A stretch of DNA of 64,000 bases, taken from positions 1,088,001 to 1,152,000 of the forward strand of contig CAVSIV010000006.1 in assembly GCA_963728205.1 (NCBI GenBank). Reading direction: 5' to 3'. Below are positions 63,944 through 64,000 of this stretch, piece by piece. This DNA comes from an uncultured Chloroflexia bacterium (GTDB lineage Bacteria > Chloroflexota > Dehalococcoidia > UBA2979). The position numbers and the translations under genes were made by a program. Every line of letters starts with the position of its first letter. The first letter of the stretch is position 1. Below the pieces are notes generated by a model. The model worked only from the letters and a program-made list of their open reading frames with translations. It did not search any database and had not been told where the DNA came from.

Positions 63944-64000
63944 TGCCGCGGCGTGCTGCCGGCGGACGGGTGACTAGACGCCCAGCGCCTCCGCCACGTC

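Overview
High-GC (roughly 70% by eye), gene-dense bacterial chromosome segment made mostly of housekeeping genes. Gene order and protein style suggest Chloroflexota, probably Dehalococcoidia; this is inference, not a search result. In order it holds: ispF-cysE-cysS; tRNA-Thr/Tyr/Thr-tuf-rpmG-secE-nusG-rplKA-rplJL; a LysM/radC/cvpA/HNH cluster; a USP-trkA-trkA-pheA-fpg operon; pdxST, tmk, thiolase, thrB-lysC and dnaE; two convergent MoxR operons; hrcA-grpE-dnaK-(two tyrosine-phosphatase-family genes)-dnaJ-prmA-rsmE with a perfect CIRCE; ECF sigma-fabH-degenerate fabF; a LysM/M23 gene; rho, tal/fsa and pyrG. I found no CRISPR array, integrase, transposase or prophage, and no clearly new multi-gene system can be proven from sequence alone. 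The best candidates are the tandem phosphatases inside the dnaK operon, the ECF-fabH-Cys-less ketosynthase unit, a Zn-finger-TM-LysM protein, a Gly/RGG-rich insertion in DnaE, and a LysM/M23 gene that appears to lack a canonical start and sits behind a palindrome with DnaA-like boxes. Three genes carry single-base frameshifts that look like consensus errors.
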